Shown here: piece after piece, positions 1 through 9,832 of the stretch
Position numbering within the stretch: the first letter of the stretch is position 1
Layout: the number at the start of each line of letters is the position of its first letter
DNA from: Myxococcota bacterium
GTDB taxonomy: Bacteria; Myxococcota_A; UBA9042; PHBI01; JAWLBL01
Length of the DNA stretch: 64,000 bases
Assembly: GCA_041687695.1 (NCBI GenBank)
Contig: JAWLBL010000030.1
Span: 40,123 to 104,122, forward strand
Direction: 5' to 3'
Position numbers and translations under genes: made by a program
The notes under the pieces: model-generated
The model's database searches: none
What the model was told of the DNA's origin: nothing
What the model saw: only the letters and a program-made list of their open reading frames with translations

Positions 1-447
1 GGCTTCCTGGTCCGGGACGGCAAGCTGTACGCGACGCTGCAGATCGGCAAGGTGCTGCTGTCCATCGACGTCGCCACGGGCCAGCGGACGGTCATCGCCA
101 ACCCGCCCGGGTCGGTCGCCTCGACCCCCGGCCAGAGCACGATGTTCTGGGACACGACGCGCGATCTCCTCATCACGGCGGGCGGCGTGCAGGCCTACCT
201 GGCGGTCGCCGTCGACGTCGACTCGGGCGAGCGGCAGGCCCTCTTCCTGACCAGCCCGGACGCGATGATCAAGAGCGCCCCGCCCTGGGAGACCGGCGCC
301 CACGGCGCCATCGACAACGGCAACTACATGGGCTACGGCGCGCTCGCCATGGACCCGGTCAACCCCGACCACCTCTACCTGGTCATCAAGTACGGCCTGC
401 TCAAGTACGAGATGTCGACCGGCAACAGCTACGTCATGTCGCAGTGA
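1..447 (+). CDS. 5'-truncated CDS, C-terminus of a probable beta-propeller repeat protein
   Basis: Frame is open from base 1 (GFLVRDGKLYATLQ...) to TGA at 445-447. Repeated blade-like units (LLSIDVATGQRTVI, AVDVDSGERQAL, LKYEMSTGNSYVMS). Confidence 0.6.
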   Translation, partial: GFLVRDGKLYATLQIGKVLLSIDVATGQRTVIANPPGSVASTPGQSTMFWDTTRDLLITAGGVQAYLAVAVDVDSGERQALFLTSPDAMIKSAPPWETGAHGAIDNGNYMGYGALAMDPVNPDHLYLVIKYGLLKYEMSTGNSYVMSQ

Positions 448-507
448 CAGCGGGCGAGCGCGCCGGCGCCTCCCAGGCGACGACCTGGGGGCGCCGACGC
501 GCGGTGC

Positions 508-3500
508 TCAGTACATGCCGGTCATGCGCAGGTAGAAGCCGCCGTGGTCGCGGTCGGGGTCGTCCAGCAGATCGTCCGAGAAGTCGGTGAAGTTGTAGCC
601 GGCGCCCAGGCGCACGTGGCGGGCGATGGTGTAGGCCAGCTCGACCAGGGCGCCGTGCTGGGTCCCCCCGGCCAGCGCCGAGTGCAGCAGGCGATACTCG
701 ACCGCGGCGTCGAAGCCGTCGACCAGGTGGTAGCCCAGCCGGTTGACCCACAGGACCAGGTCGTCGGTGGCCTCGGGTGAGCCCGACAGGCGCGTGGTCA
801 CGTGCTTCCAGGCCACCTTCTCGGCCAGCTGGAAGCGCCAGGGCAGCTCGAAGATGGCGGCCACGCTGAACAGGCTGCTGAGCTGGCGCTGCGTCAGGCC
901 CAGCGGGGCGCCGTCGGGGCCGACCAGGACCAGATCGCGGTGGCGCAGGTGGCGCGTGGCGCGCGCGACGAGGGTCAGCCAGTCCGCCTCGACCGGGCGG
1001 TAGGCCAGGCCGGCCGTGGCCTCGAGCGCCTCCTCCTCGACCGAGCGGTTGGTCAGGTTCTGGGTCAGCGTGTAGTTGCCGACGCCCAGGAAGGTCAGAT
1101 CCTCGGTCAGCTTGAAGTCCAGGCCGTTCATCAGCAGCGCCTGGATGCGCTCGCTCCCGTCCTGCACCTGGTCGCCGCGGTCCCAGCGCACCTCGTAGCG
1201 CCCGCCCAGCTTCAGCCGGTCCCAGGCCAGCACCTCGAGCCCGGCGCTGACCACGTCGCGTCCGCCGCGCCCCTCGTAGCCCCCGAAGGTCTGCGTGTGC
1301 TCGTACGCGCCCGACAGCGACACGCCCTCGGCCAGCGGGAAGCGCCGCGACAGCCCCAGCACCGCCCGGTTCGTGCGCGCCGCGACCCCAGTGTCCAGGC
1401 GGTACTCGCCCCAGGCCCGCCCCAGCCCGGCCTCGTCCAGGTTCGTGTCCGCGCCCACCACGGTCGCGTGCACGAGATCCCCCGTCTCGCGCTGGGTCTG
1501 GAACCGCTCCTCGAGGTACACGTTGGCCGAGTCGACCAGCCGCGTCCGCACCCCGACCCGCGTCGCGTTGTCGCCGTTCCACCGCAGGATCTCACCCACG
1601 CTCAGCGCGAAGTCGTCCGTCAGCTTGTAGATGAGCCCGACGTTCGTCGTCATCCGGTCGCCCAGGCTGCTGCCGACCACCGCGTCGTCGCCCGCCAGCA
1701 CGGCCTCCTGCGACAGCGTGCCCGTCAGGCGGTCCGTGAACGCCCAGCTGCCGCCCAGCGCCACCGCCGCCGTGTCGTGCACCACCCCGTCGCCGTCGTC
1801 GCGGTGCTGCGCCCACGCCCCCTCGGCCAGCAGCCCCAGCCGCCCGATGCGCCGCCGGTACTGCCCCGAGTAGCGCAGCCGAGTCAGCGCGTCGAACCGG
1901 TCCCGGTCGGTCTCGCGCTCGGTCAGCAGGACCGTGTCCAGGTCCGCCCGCAGCAGCACCTGGTCGTGCTCGGTCGGCCGGAACAGCGCCTGCCCGCCGA
2001 CCTTCTCCATGCCGCGCTGCAGCGTGTGCCCCCACGCGTGGAAGCCCGGGTCCATCGACTGGTACCACCCGGTCACCCGCAGATCGAGCGCCTCCTCCCC
2101 GACCAGCTTGCCCACGTGGCTGTCCAGGCCCGCCTTGAACCCGAACCCGTGCCGCTCGCCGCCCGACCGGTCCAGCTGTCGATAGTTCAGGCCGCCGTCG
2201 TTCGACACCCGCGTCGCCCCGTCGCTCGACAGCGACTCGGCGAACTCCAGCGTCAGCCGCGTGTCCTCGGTCACGTCCACCTTCGCGTGCGCGCCCAGCA
2301 GCTCGTAGTCCTCGCCCGCCCGCCGCTGCTCGCGCACGTAGCCGCCGCCGATCTCCAGGTGCTTGCCCAGCCGCTGCGCGCCGTGCACGCCATAGGCGTA
2401 CTGCCCGGCCACCCCGCCGTCGCGCGCCTCGTAGGTCGCGACCACCCACACCTCGTGGCCGTCCAGGATCTCGCGCCCGCCGAACGGCTGCAGATCCCCG
2501 ATGGTGAACAGCGCGTCCACCGTCGACGCCAGCGGCGCCTTCATCGTCACGCGCCCGTCGCGGTAGTCGACGCGGTAGTCCCGGTCGCGCAGCAGCGTGA
2601 CGCGCGCCAGCTCCATGCCGGTCAGCTGCTCGCGCACCACGATCTCGATCTTGTCGGACCCCTCGATGAGCTCGCGGTGCGACAGGTAGTACAGGCTGCC
2701 GCCGGTGGCCCGCAGCTCGTCCTGGCCGCGCACCAGGGTGTCGTTGTCGTCGGTCGCGAAGCCCTGCAGGCGCGTGTCGAACCCCTCGGCCACGGCGTGG
2801 TTCAGGTCGACCTCGACGCCGTAGAACGTGCGCTGGTAGCGCAGCAGCTCGATGCCCTGCAGATCGGTCCGGAAGTTGCCGACCTTCAGCCGCGACCGGT
2901 CCGCCTCGACCAGCACGTACAGCGGCCCGCGCGCCTGCGCGTCCTGGATGTCCGCCGACGCGTCGCCGAAGACGGCGTAGTCCCGCGCCGGGTCGATGAC
3001 CTGCTCGTAGAACGGCGTGAACTCGCGCCGCCGCGCCGTGTCCAGGTGCGCCGTGACGAACAGCTCCTCGGCCAGGGCCGACCCGCTGACGCGGCCCTTC
3101 AGGTACAGCGCCCCGCGCCCCTGCAGGAACACGCCGTCGGTCTCGGTGGACGTCGCCTCGGTGCGCTCGGCCAGCCGCGCCCCGACCTGTCCGACCGCGC
3201 CGTCGGCCAGCGCCAGCAGGAAGAACTCGCGGTCGGTGACCTCGACCGGCCAGGTGACGCGAGCCGTGTAGCCCGCCGCGTCGGTGCTGACGATGACCAG
3301 CTCGCTCTTGCCGGTCGGCAGCGGCGCCGTCGTGGAAAAGCGCCCCTGGTCGTCGACGCCGACCGCGACACCGTTGACCGTCACCCGGTTGTCGGGGTGC
3401 GTCTCGCCCGCCAGGAACAGCCGGTTGGTCCCCAGCGGCAGCCCGCGCGGCGGCAGCTTCACCTTCAGCTGGTCGGCCGTCACCGGCTTGCCGCCCGGCG

Positions 3501-6500
3501 CGACCCCCGAGGGCGCCACCACGGCCTGCTCGCCCAGCGCGCGGGCCAGCGCGTCGCCGCCGAAGCGCCGCAGCGGATCGGCGGCCAGCGCGCGCTGCTC
3601 GGCCGGCTCGAGCTTCACCGGTCCGCCCGCCGCCGGAACGTCCGCGACGACCACCCGGGTCGCGCCGCTGGGGGCCACCACGCGCACCGCCAGCTTGCCG
3701 TTCCGAGGCCGGTCGACCGAGCGCGCAAAGGGCCCGGCGTCGGCCCCGTCCGCGGCCAGCCCCTGCACGAAGGCCGCCGCGCGCGCCTCGGCCGCCGGCG
3801 GGGACGCCAGGCTGGCGGCGTCGACGGCCGGCAGCACCCGGATCTCGACGCGCCGGTTGAACTGGCGGCTGCGCTCGTCGAAGCCCAGCCGCAGCGGCAC
3901 CGTCGACCCGCGGCCGACCACCGTGAACCGGCGCGGCTCGAGGCGCAGCCGCTTGGCGAGCACGTCGGCGACGGCCATCGCGCCGCGCCGGGTCGCCGTC
4001 ATGTCCAGCTCGGGCGTGCCCGAGTCGTCGCTGTGCACCTCGACCACCAGCCGCGCGCCGGGGTTGGCCGCCAAGACCGGCCGCACGCGGTTGAGCCGCG
4101 AGATCAGCGGCCCGCGCGGCGCCATGCCGGCGTCGAACAGCTGCCCGCGCACGGTCTCCTCGTACAGCGGCGCGCCCGCGGCCCCCCAGCTGACGCCCAG
4201 CACCACGTCGGGGCTCACCGCCAGGCCGGCCGCCGGGTGCGCCACGTGCAGCCGCACCCGGTGCAGGGCCCCACGCTCCAGCACGCTGGCCGTGCCCGCG
4301 GGGTCCAGGCCGCGCCAGACGATCTCGTCGGGCGGCGCCCCCTGCCCGAACAGCTCGCGCACCAGCTGGTCGTTGCCGTCGCCGACGCGCACCACCTCGA
4401 GGCGCCAGGTCGCGCCCGTCGCGTCGGGCAGCGTCACCCTGGGCTGGAAGGTCAGCGGCGCTTCCAGCGCCAGCGGCGCCCAGGGGACGTTGACGGCGCG
4501 GGTCGGCGCTGCGCCGGGCAGGCGCACGGTCAGATCGGCGGCCAGGTCGGGCAGCGTCCGGCCGTCCAGGCTCAGGGCCAGCGTGCGGGTGTCGCCCGCC
4601 ACGGTGACCACCGGCAGCGGCGCCAGCGCGACCTCGCCCGGCGGCGCCTGGCCGGCCTGGGCGGGCGCCTCGGCGCGCCCGGCGCTGACGACCTCGTGGG
4701 GGCAGGTCACGCCGAAGCGCACCTGCAACACCAGGCCCGGCGTGAAGTAGACCAGGCGCCGCACCGGCGTGGTGGGCTTCGCGCCCGGCGGCAGGGTGGC
4801 CTCGTCGACCTTGAACAGGTGCTGCCCGGGCTCGAGCTTCTTCAGGTGGAACTGCCCGGCGCGGTCCGTGTCGGAGAACCAGCCGTGGTCGGCGTAGACG
4901 CGCACGCCGCCCAGGCCCCCTTCGCCGGGGTCCTGCTCGCCGTCGCCGTCCGCGTCGCAGAAGACCTGGCCCAGGACCAGGCTCTCGTCGAACTCGGCCT
5001 CACGCTCGAGGCGCACGACGGCCGCGCTCTGCGGCGTCAGCGCCTCGCCGCCCATCCGCAGGGCCAGGGCGCGGACGGTGTGCTCGGCGTCGACGGCGGC
5101 CGAGGGCGCCGCGACGGCCTGCAGCGTGACGAGCTGGCGCGCGCCGGCGAGCAGCTCGAGGCCCGCGAGCGCGCCGTCCTCGTCCGACACACCCAGCAGC
5201 AGCGTCCGGCGGTCGTCGGGTTCGCGCAGCGGCACCAGGGTGCCGGCCGCGTTGCGCAGGCGCGCGCTGCCCGAGACGTAGCGCAGGCCTTCGGGCAGGC
5301 GCACCTCGAGGGCCAGCGCGCCCTCGGCGCCGGGCGTGAAGTCGAGGGTGCCCTCGTTGCGCAGCTCGAGCGTGAAGGTGGCGGCCTCGCCGCGGCGGAG
5401 GGTGCGATCGAGCGCGGTGAGCGTCAGCGAGACCTGGGCGACGGCCGGGTCGAGGGCCAGGTGGTTGTGCGAGAAGGCGGCGGCGCCGGGCGCGGGGGCC
5501 CACAGCAGGAACCAGGGCGGCGCGGTCGCGGCGGCGAGCGGATCGGCCTGCGCGGTGACGGCGCCGGTGGGGCCGGTGACGCCGGGGCCCACTTGGGGCG
5601 GGAAGCGGCGCGAGGGGAAGAGGAGATCGCTGCCCTGGGTGACGACCTCGAGGCGGTAGCGGCGCTCGGGGGGCAGGTCGAAGCGGTACAGGCCGTGGCG
5701 GCCCAGCGCCTGGTCTTGCTGGCCCAGGCCGAGCAGCTCGGCGGGGACGGGCTGCCCCGGGGCCAGCGGGTCGTCGTCGGCGTACAGGGCGCGGACCGGC
5801 AGGCCGGTGACCAGCGTGCGATCGTCGGTGCGCCACACGCGCCCCGAGGGGGTGACGGCCAGCTCGAAGCGGTTCGTGTTGGCGGTGACCTCGCGGATCT
5901 CGCGGTGGAACTGGGCGCCGGTGTCCGACAGCACGACCAGCTGGTAGCGGTCCAGCGGCAGGTCGGGCAGGACCGCGGCGCCGTCGGGACCGGCGATCGC
6001 GGCGGCAACGGGGGCGCCGGGCAGCGGGCCCGCGTCGCCGTCGGCCGGGGCGGGGTACAGGCGAACGCGGAAGCCGGGCAGGGCGAAGTCGGCGCTGCGG
6101 GTGAAGGCGCCGTCGCCGTCGCGATCTTCGTAGAGCTGGACCACCAGGCGCTGGGTGACGGCCGAGACGCCCACGGTGACGCAAGCGGGCTCGCTGAGCA
6201 GCGGTGGGCGGCCCGACAAGGCGAGCTGGGCCGTGTTGCAGATGGCGGCGCCGTCGTTCAGCGCCGGCTTGACGGTGGCGCGGATGACCACGGTGGCCGG
6301 CGCGTCGGGGGTGGCGGTGAGGCCCTCGACCACGACCCGGGGCCCCTGGCCGGGCGAGGGCGGGGCGACGGTGGTCTTGGCGCCGGGGGGCGCCTCGACG
6401 CCCGCAAGGTCGACGGTCGGGGGCAGCGGGTCCTCGAGGCGCAGCGGGCCGGGCAGGGTGGGGCCGTCGACGTGCAGGTCGACCGTGTAGACGAGGGTGT

Positions 6501-8034
6501 CACCGGGGGCGACGGCGCCGCCGTTGGGGTCGGCGACGCGCTTTTCGACGCGCACGGCCGGCGGGGGCGGGGCGTCGGTGAGCTTGACGACGGCGGGGCC
6601 GACCGGGTGGGCGATGGGCTTGGCGGCGCCGGGGTAGCCGTAGGTCAGGCGGGCCAGGGCCTGGATCTGGTCGAGCTGCGTCGTGGGCAGGACGCGCAGG
6701 GTGAAGGTGACGGAGCGCGCCTGGTTCGGCTGGACCAGGCCGATGTTCACGCCGGAGGCCAGCTGCTGCGCGGTGATGGGGGTGTCGCCCAGGAACATCG
6801 TCCCGGGGACCACCTCGGTGCCGGGGGGCGGGAAGCTCTCGATGCGCGCGACCAGGTTCAGCGAGTGGATGGAGCCCTCGTTGACCAGATCGAGCGTGAA
6901 CTTCACGTGCTCGCCCTTGGCGACCTCTTCGCGATCGGCGGTCAGGACGGACTTGGGCCCCTTGAAGCTGGGGGCGAGGCGGCTGATCGACAGGACCGAG
7001 TAGCCGAAGAAGAACACCTCGCCGTGGCCGTGGGAGGCGGGCTGGAACGAGACCACGCCGTCGCCCGAGCCGACCTGGATGGTGGCCTGGGTCTGGCCGG
7101 GCTTGACCAGGTGCGACACGTCGACCGTGTCGATGTCGACGCCGAGGCCGTTGGAGCTGTTGAAGAAGTTCTTGGGCCAGCCCTTCTCGTCGGCCAGCTC
7201 GGTGCCGTTGAAGCGCAGGAAGTCCCAGCAGTGGCTGCACTGCACCGACGGGTCGGGGTCGGTGTCCTGGGGCGGGACGCCGAGCGCGAAGTCGCCCTCG
7301 AGGGCGAAGGTGGTGAAGGTGGCCTGGGCGGGGTCGCCGACGTTGAAGCCGTCGATGGTGAAGGTGGCGATGCCGGCGGACTCGGGGGTCTCGTCGAGCA
7401 TCATGAAGGCGTCGTACAGCAGCACGTCGCGCAGCATCGGCTCGCTGGGGGCCTCCCAGACCAGGACCAGGGACCAGCCGGCGTATTTCGCCTGGCAGCC
7501 GTTGCTGTTCGGGGCGCACTGCTTGGGGTTGAAGGGGTCGATGGCGCCGGGCTGGGCGTCGACGCCGCTGACGGACCAGGCGCCGGTCAGCTGCGGGGCG
7601 TCCTGCAGCGCGGCGGTCACGTCGGCGCGGCAGTAGTAGAAGCTGCCCAGCTGCGGGGTCCCGCGCTGCCGGCAGTCGTCGGCCTGGACGCCGATCGCGC
7701 CGCCGCTGGGCAGCTGGAGCGTCGCCGAGCTGTCGGGCGGGCCGTCCTTGCTGCCGCTCCAGAACAGGTAGGCGCCGGCGATCGTGGCGTCCTCGGGGAT
7801 GGCGGCGGCCGTGACGACGGCGCTGGAGGACGGCAGCAGCTGGGCGTTGACCAGCGGGTTCTGCGGCGCGGTCGCCATCAGCGTGTTGCCCACGCCGACG
7901 GCGCGGCCATAGACCGCGTGCTGCTTCCACAGCGTGGGCGGCTCGCCCAGGACGACGGCGCGGGCCGGGCCGAGCCACCCGGCGGCGAGCGCGCACGCGA
8001 CCAGGAGGGCGCCCAGGGAGGGGGTGCGGACCAT
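508..8034 (-). CDS. Giant (2508 aa) secreted/outer-membrane protein: DUF11-like repeats, SdrD-B-like domains, OmpA-like domain, large C-terminal beta-barrel
   Basis: Signal peptide ending PARA. Three DUF11-like starts (GEHVKFTLDLVNEG, PGDTLVYTV, GEAATFTLELRNEG). SdrD-like LYEDRDGDG and VFCDADGDGEQDPGE. OmpA-like VHSDD...NRRVEIRV. Amphipathic strands ending GGFYLRMTGMY. Confidence 0.85.
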   Translation of the reverse strand: MVRTPSLGALLVACALAAGWLGPARAVVLGEPPTLWKQHAVYGRAVGVGNTLMATAPQNPLVNAQLLPSSSAVVTAAAIPEDATIAGAYLFWSGSKDGPPDSSATLQLPSGGAIGVQADDCRQRGTPQLGSFYYCRADVTAALQDAPQLTGAWSVSGVDAQPGAIDPFNPKQCAPNSNGCQAKYAGWSLVLVWEAPSEPMLRDVLLYDAFMMLDETPESAGIATFTIDGFNVGDPAQATFTTFALEGDFALGVPPQDTDPDPSVQCSHCWDFLRFNGTELADEKGWPKNFFNSSNGLGVDIDTVDVSHLVKPGQTQATIQVGSGDGVVSFQPASHGHGEVFFFGYSVLSISRLAPSFKGPKSVLTADREEVAKGEHVKFTLDLVNEGSIHSLNLVARIESFPPPGTEVVPGTMFLGDTPITAQQLASGVNIGLVQPNQARSVTFTLRVLPTTQLDQIQALARLTYGYPGAAKPIAHPVGPAVVKLTDAPPPPAVRVEKRVADPNGGAVAPGDTLVYTVDLHVDGPTLPGPLRLEDPLPPTVDLAGVEAPPGAKTTVAPPSPGQGPRVVVEGLTATPDAPATVVIRATVKPALNDGAAICNTAQLALSGRPPLLSEPACVTVGVSAVTQRLVVQLYEDRDGDGAFTRSADFALPGFRVRLYPAPADGDAGPLPGAPVAAAIAGPDGAAVLPDLPLDRYQLVVLSDTGAQFHREIREVTANTNRFELAVTPSGRVWRTDDRTLVTGLPVRALYADDDPLAPGQPVPAELLGLGQQDQALGRHGLYRFDLPPERRYRLEVVTQGSDLLFPSRRFPPQVGPGVTGPTGAVTAQADPLAAATAPPWFLLWAPAPGAAAFSHNHLALDPAVAQVSLTLTALDRTLRRGEAATFTLELRNEGTLDFTPGAEGALALEVRLPEGLRYVSGSARLRNAAGTLVPLREPDDRRTLLLGVSDEDGALAGLELLAGARQLVTLQAVAAPSAAVDAEHTVRALALRMGGEALTPQSAAVVRLEREAEFDESLVLGQVFCDADGDGEQDPGEGGLGGVRVYADHGWFSDTDRAGQFHLKKLEPGQHLFKVDEATLPPGAKPTTPVRRLVYFTPGLVLQVRFGVTCPHEVVSAGRAEAPAQAGQAPPGEVALAPLPVVTVAGDTRTLALSLDGRTLPDLAADLTVRLPGAAPTRAVNVPWAPLALEAPLTFQPRVTLPDATGATWRLEVVRVGDGNDQLVRELFGQGAPPDEIVWRGLDPAGTASVLERGALHRVRLHVAHPAAGLAVSPDVVLGVSWGAAGAPLYEETVRGQLFDAGMAPRGPLISRLNRVRPVLAANPGARLVVEVHSDDSGTPELDMTATRRGAMAVADVLAKRLRLEPRRFTVVGRGSTVPLRLGFDERSRQFNRRVEIRVLPAVDAASLASPPAAEARAAAFVQGLAADGADAGPFARSVDRPRNGKLAVRVVAPSGATRVVVADVPAAGGPVKLEPAEQRALAADPLRRFGGDALARALGEQAVVAPSGVAPGGKPVTADQLKVKLPPRGLPLGTNRLFLAGETHPDNRVTVNGVAVGVDDQGRFSTTAPLPTGKSELVIVSTDAAGYTARVTWPVEVTDREFFLLALADGAVGQVGARLAERTEATSTETDGVFLQGRGALYLKGRVSGSALAEELFVTAHLDTARRREFTPFYEQVIDPARDYAVFGDASADIQDAQARGPLYVLVEADRSRLKVGNFRTDLQGIELLRYQRTFYGVEVDLNHAVAEGFDTRLQGFATDDNDTLVRGQDELRATGGSLYYLSHRELIEGSDKIEIVVREQLTGMELARVTLLRDRDYRVDYRDGRVTMKAPLASTVDALFTIGDLQPFGGREILDGHEVWVVATYEARDGGVAGQYAYGVHGAQRLGKHLEIGGGYVREQRRAGEDYELLGAHAKVDVTEDTRLTLEFAESLSSDGATRVSNDGGLNYRQLDRSGGERHGFGFKAGLDSHVGKLVGEEALDLRVTGWYQSMDPGFHAWGHTLQRGMEKVGGQALFRPTEHDQVLLRADLDTVLLTERETDRDRFDALTRLRYSGQYRRRIGRLGLLAEGAWAQHRDDGDGVVHDTAAVALGGSWAFTDRLTGTLSQEAVLAGDDAVVGSSLGDRMTTNVGLIYKLTDDFALSVGEILRWNGDNATRVGVRTRLVDSANVYLEERFQTQRETGDLVHATVVGADTNLDEAGLGRAWGEYRLDTGVAARTNRAVLGLSRRFPLAEGVSLSGAYEHTQTFGGYEGRGGRDVVSAGLEVLAWDRLKLGGRYEVRWDRGDQVQDGSERIQALLMNGLDFKLTEDLTFLGVGNYTLTQNLTNRSVEEEALEATAGLAYRPVEADWLTLVARATRHLRHRDLVLVGPDGAPLGLTQRQLSSLFSVAAIFELPWRFQLAEKVAWKHVTTRLSGSPEATDDLVLWVNRLGYHLVDGFDAAVEYRLLHSALAGGTQHGALVELAYTIARHVRLGAGYNFTDFSDDLLDDPDRDHGGFYLRMTGMY

Positions 8035-8206
8035 CGTGCTCCGATCGGGAAGACCGGCGGCGCGAGGGAGGGTGGCCGCCGGAAAAGCCCGCGCATGCTA
8101 GCGCGAGCCTTTGTCGCGATCCAATTCGTCCCGAGGCGTCAACGTCGGGTGCCGTTTCGGCGCGTCCCTGCAGGGGCGTCGGACGCGGAGGTCGCCCCGC
8201 TCGGGC

Positions 8207-9832
8207 CTACTCGGGGTTGAAGAGCAGGAGGTTCGTCGGGTGCGTCAGGGCGCCGGCGCCGTCGGTGCCGATGCCGCCGACCAGCAGGGCCATCCCGCTC
8301 TCGAGCGACGCGGCCTGCGCGCCGGCCAGGAACTGCGGCAGGTAGGGCACGCCCCCCGCCGCGCTGGGGGCCACCGCGATGACGAAGATGTTGTTGGTCG
8401 GATCGAGGAACTCGTGGATGACCTCTACGTCACCCAGCAGCGCCCCGCCCGGTCCCACGCCGCCCGCCAGCAGCACGCCGTTGCGCGGCAGGGCCGCCGC
8501 CGTGTGGCCGCCGCGCGGGGTGGCCAGCTGGAAGCCGCCGATCTCGTTCTGGAAGACGTTGTTGCCGATGTCGTAGACGCTGATCGCGCTCGAGGCCGCG
8601 CTGCGATCGAGCGCCGTGAAGCCGCCCGCCAGGTAGATGTAGCCGCGGCTCTCCACCCAGGTCGCCGTGTGCTGCGTCCGGCCCTCGCCCAGGCCGGTCG
8701 GCAGCGGGAACATGACGTCGCCGCCGATGTCGTAGACCAGCGCCGAGGCGAGCGGCCCGTCGTCGGACTCGCCGCCCGTGATGAGCACGTAGGGGCTGGC
8801 CTGGCCGGGGATCTCGAACAGCGTCGCCTGGTGATGGCGGCGCGGCGAGCCGTCGGGCAGGTCGGCCCGCTTCTGCATCCCGGTCAGCGGGTTCCAGATC
8901 TCGTAGGTGCCCACCCCGTCCATGTCGCCGCCGACGAACAGGATGGTGTGCGAGAAGCCGTCGACCAGCGTCGCCGTGTGCCCGGCGCGGGCCTTGTCGA
9001 GCTGCCGGTCGAGCCGGTCGACCGTGCCGGTGGGGCCAGGGTTGTAGACGTCGACGTCCTTGCGCGCGACCGGCGGGCCTCCGTCGACCGGGGCCCACCC
9101 GCCCGCGAGCAGGACCTGCCCGGTCTCGAGCGCCGTGCCGGTGTGCCACACGCGCCCCTGCACCATCGCGGCGTGCGGGCGGCGCGTGTTGGTCCGCTCC
9201 TCGATCACCTCGACGGCGTTGCTGATGGCGGCCACGCCCTCGCCCGTCCACCACGGGTCCGACGCGTCGGCCAGCGTGCCTCCGCCGGCCACGACGATCT
9301 CGCCGCGCACCGTGCGCGTGACCGTGTGCCCGACGCGCCCCTGGCTCAAGGCCTGCGGCGCGCGCTGCACGGCGTCGGCCATGGGGAAGATCGAGTTGAC
9401 GCGCGCCATCAGCACGTTGAGCGCCTGCTCGCCGCCGCCCTGCTGCACGCGGGCGCGCACGCTGCGTCCTCGGCTGACCACCGCGCCCGGTTTGCCCGAG
9501 GCGTTGCGGGTCCAGCCCTCGATGGTCACCTGCCGCCCGTTGCCGAACGGGATGCCCTCGAGCGAGGCCGAGCCCTCGCTCGAGAAGGAGACCACCTTCT
9601 CGTAGGCCTGCGAGAGCCCGTCGCCCTCGACCAGCACCCGCAAAAAGCCCACGTTCTCGAAGGGGTCGGGCGCGCCGGGCGCGGTGTACAGCGCCACCGC
9701 CAGGCCCTTCTCCGACGGCGCCTCGTCACAGGCCGCCATCCCGAACCCGGCGAGCGCCCCGAAGAGCCCCGCCGCGCGGAGCCAACCGAACGCCCTGCCC
9801 ACGCCAACGCTCCCAAGCACCTTCGACGTCAC
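8207..9832 (-). CDS. Kelch-repeat (beta-propeller) lipoprotein
   Basis: GTG start overlaps the upstream stop (GTGA). Lipobox-like GMAAC. Six kelch motifs (RVGHTVT, RVWHTGT, RAGHTAT, RRHHQAT, RTQHTAT, RGGHTAA), each followed by hydrophobic-GG. Confidence 0.85.
   Translation of the reverse strand: MTSKVLGSVGVGRAFGWLRAAGLFGALAGFGMAACDEAPSEKGLAVALYTAPGAPDPFENVGFLRVLVEGDGLSQAYEKVVSFSSEGSASLEGIPFGNGRQVTIEGWTRNASGKPGAVVSRGRSVRARVQQGGGEQALNVLMARVNSIFPMADAVQRAPQALSQGRVGHTVTRTVRGEIVVAGGGTLADASDPWWTGEGVAAISNAVEVIEERTNTRRPHAAMVQGRVWHTGTALETGQVLLAGGWAPVDGGPPVARKDVDVYNPGPTGTVDRLDRQLDKARAGHTATLVDGFSHTILFVGGDMDGVGTYEIWNPLTGMQKRADLPDGSPRRHHQATLFEIPGQASPYVLITGGESDDGPLASALVYDIGGDVMFPLPTGLGEGRTQHTATWVESRGYIYLAGGFTALDRSAASSAISVYDIGNNVFQNEIGGFQLATPRGGHTAAALPRNGVLLAGGVGPGGALLGDVEVIHEFLDPTNNIFVIAVAPSAAGGVPYLPQFLAGAQAASLESGMALLVGGIGTDGAGALTHPTNLLLFNPE

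Noticed and set aside
802..8220. 2472-aa + strand ORF, and similar long ORFs at 35506-38352, 38340-40988, 53929-56424 and 61064-63625
   Set aside because: Antisense shadows of real minus-strand genes. Stop codons are rare in high-GC DNA and the translations are Arg/Ala/Gly-rich with no motifs.
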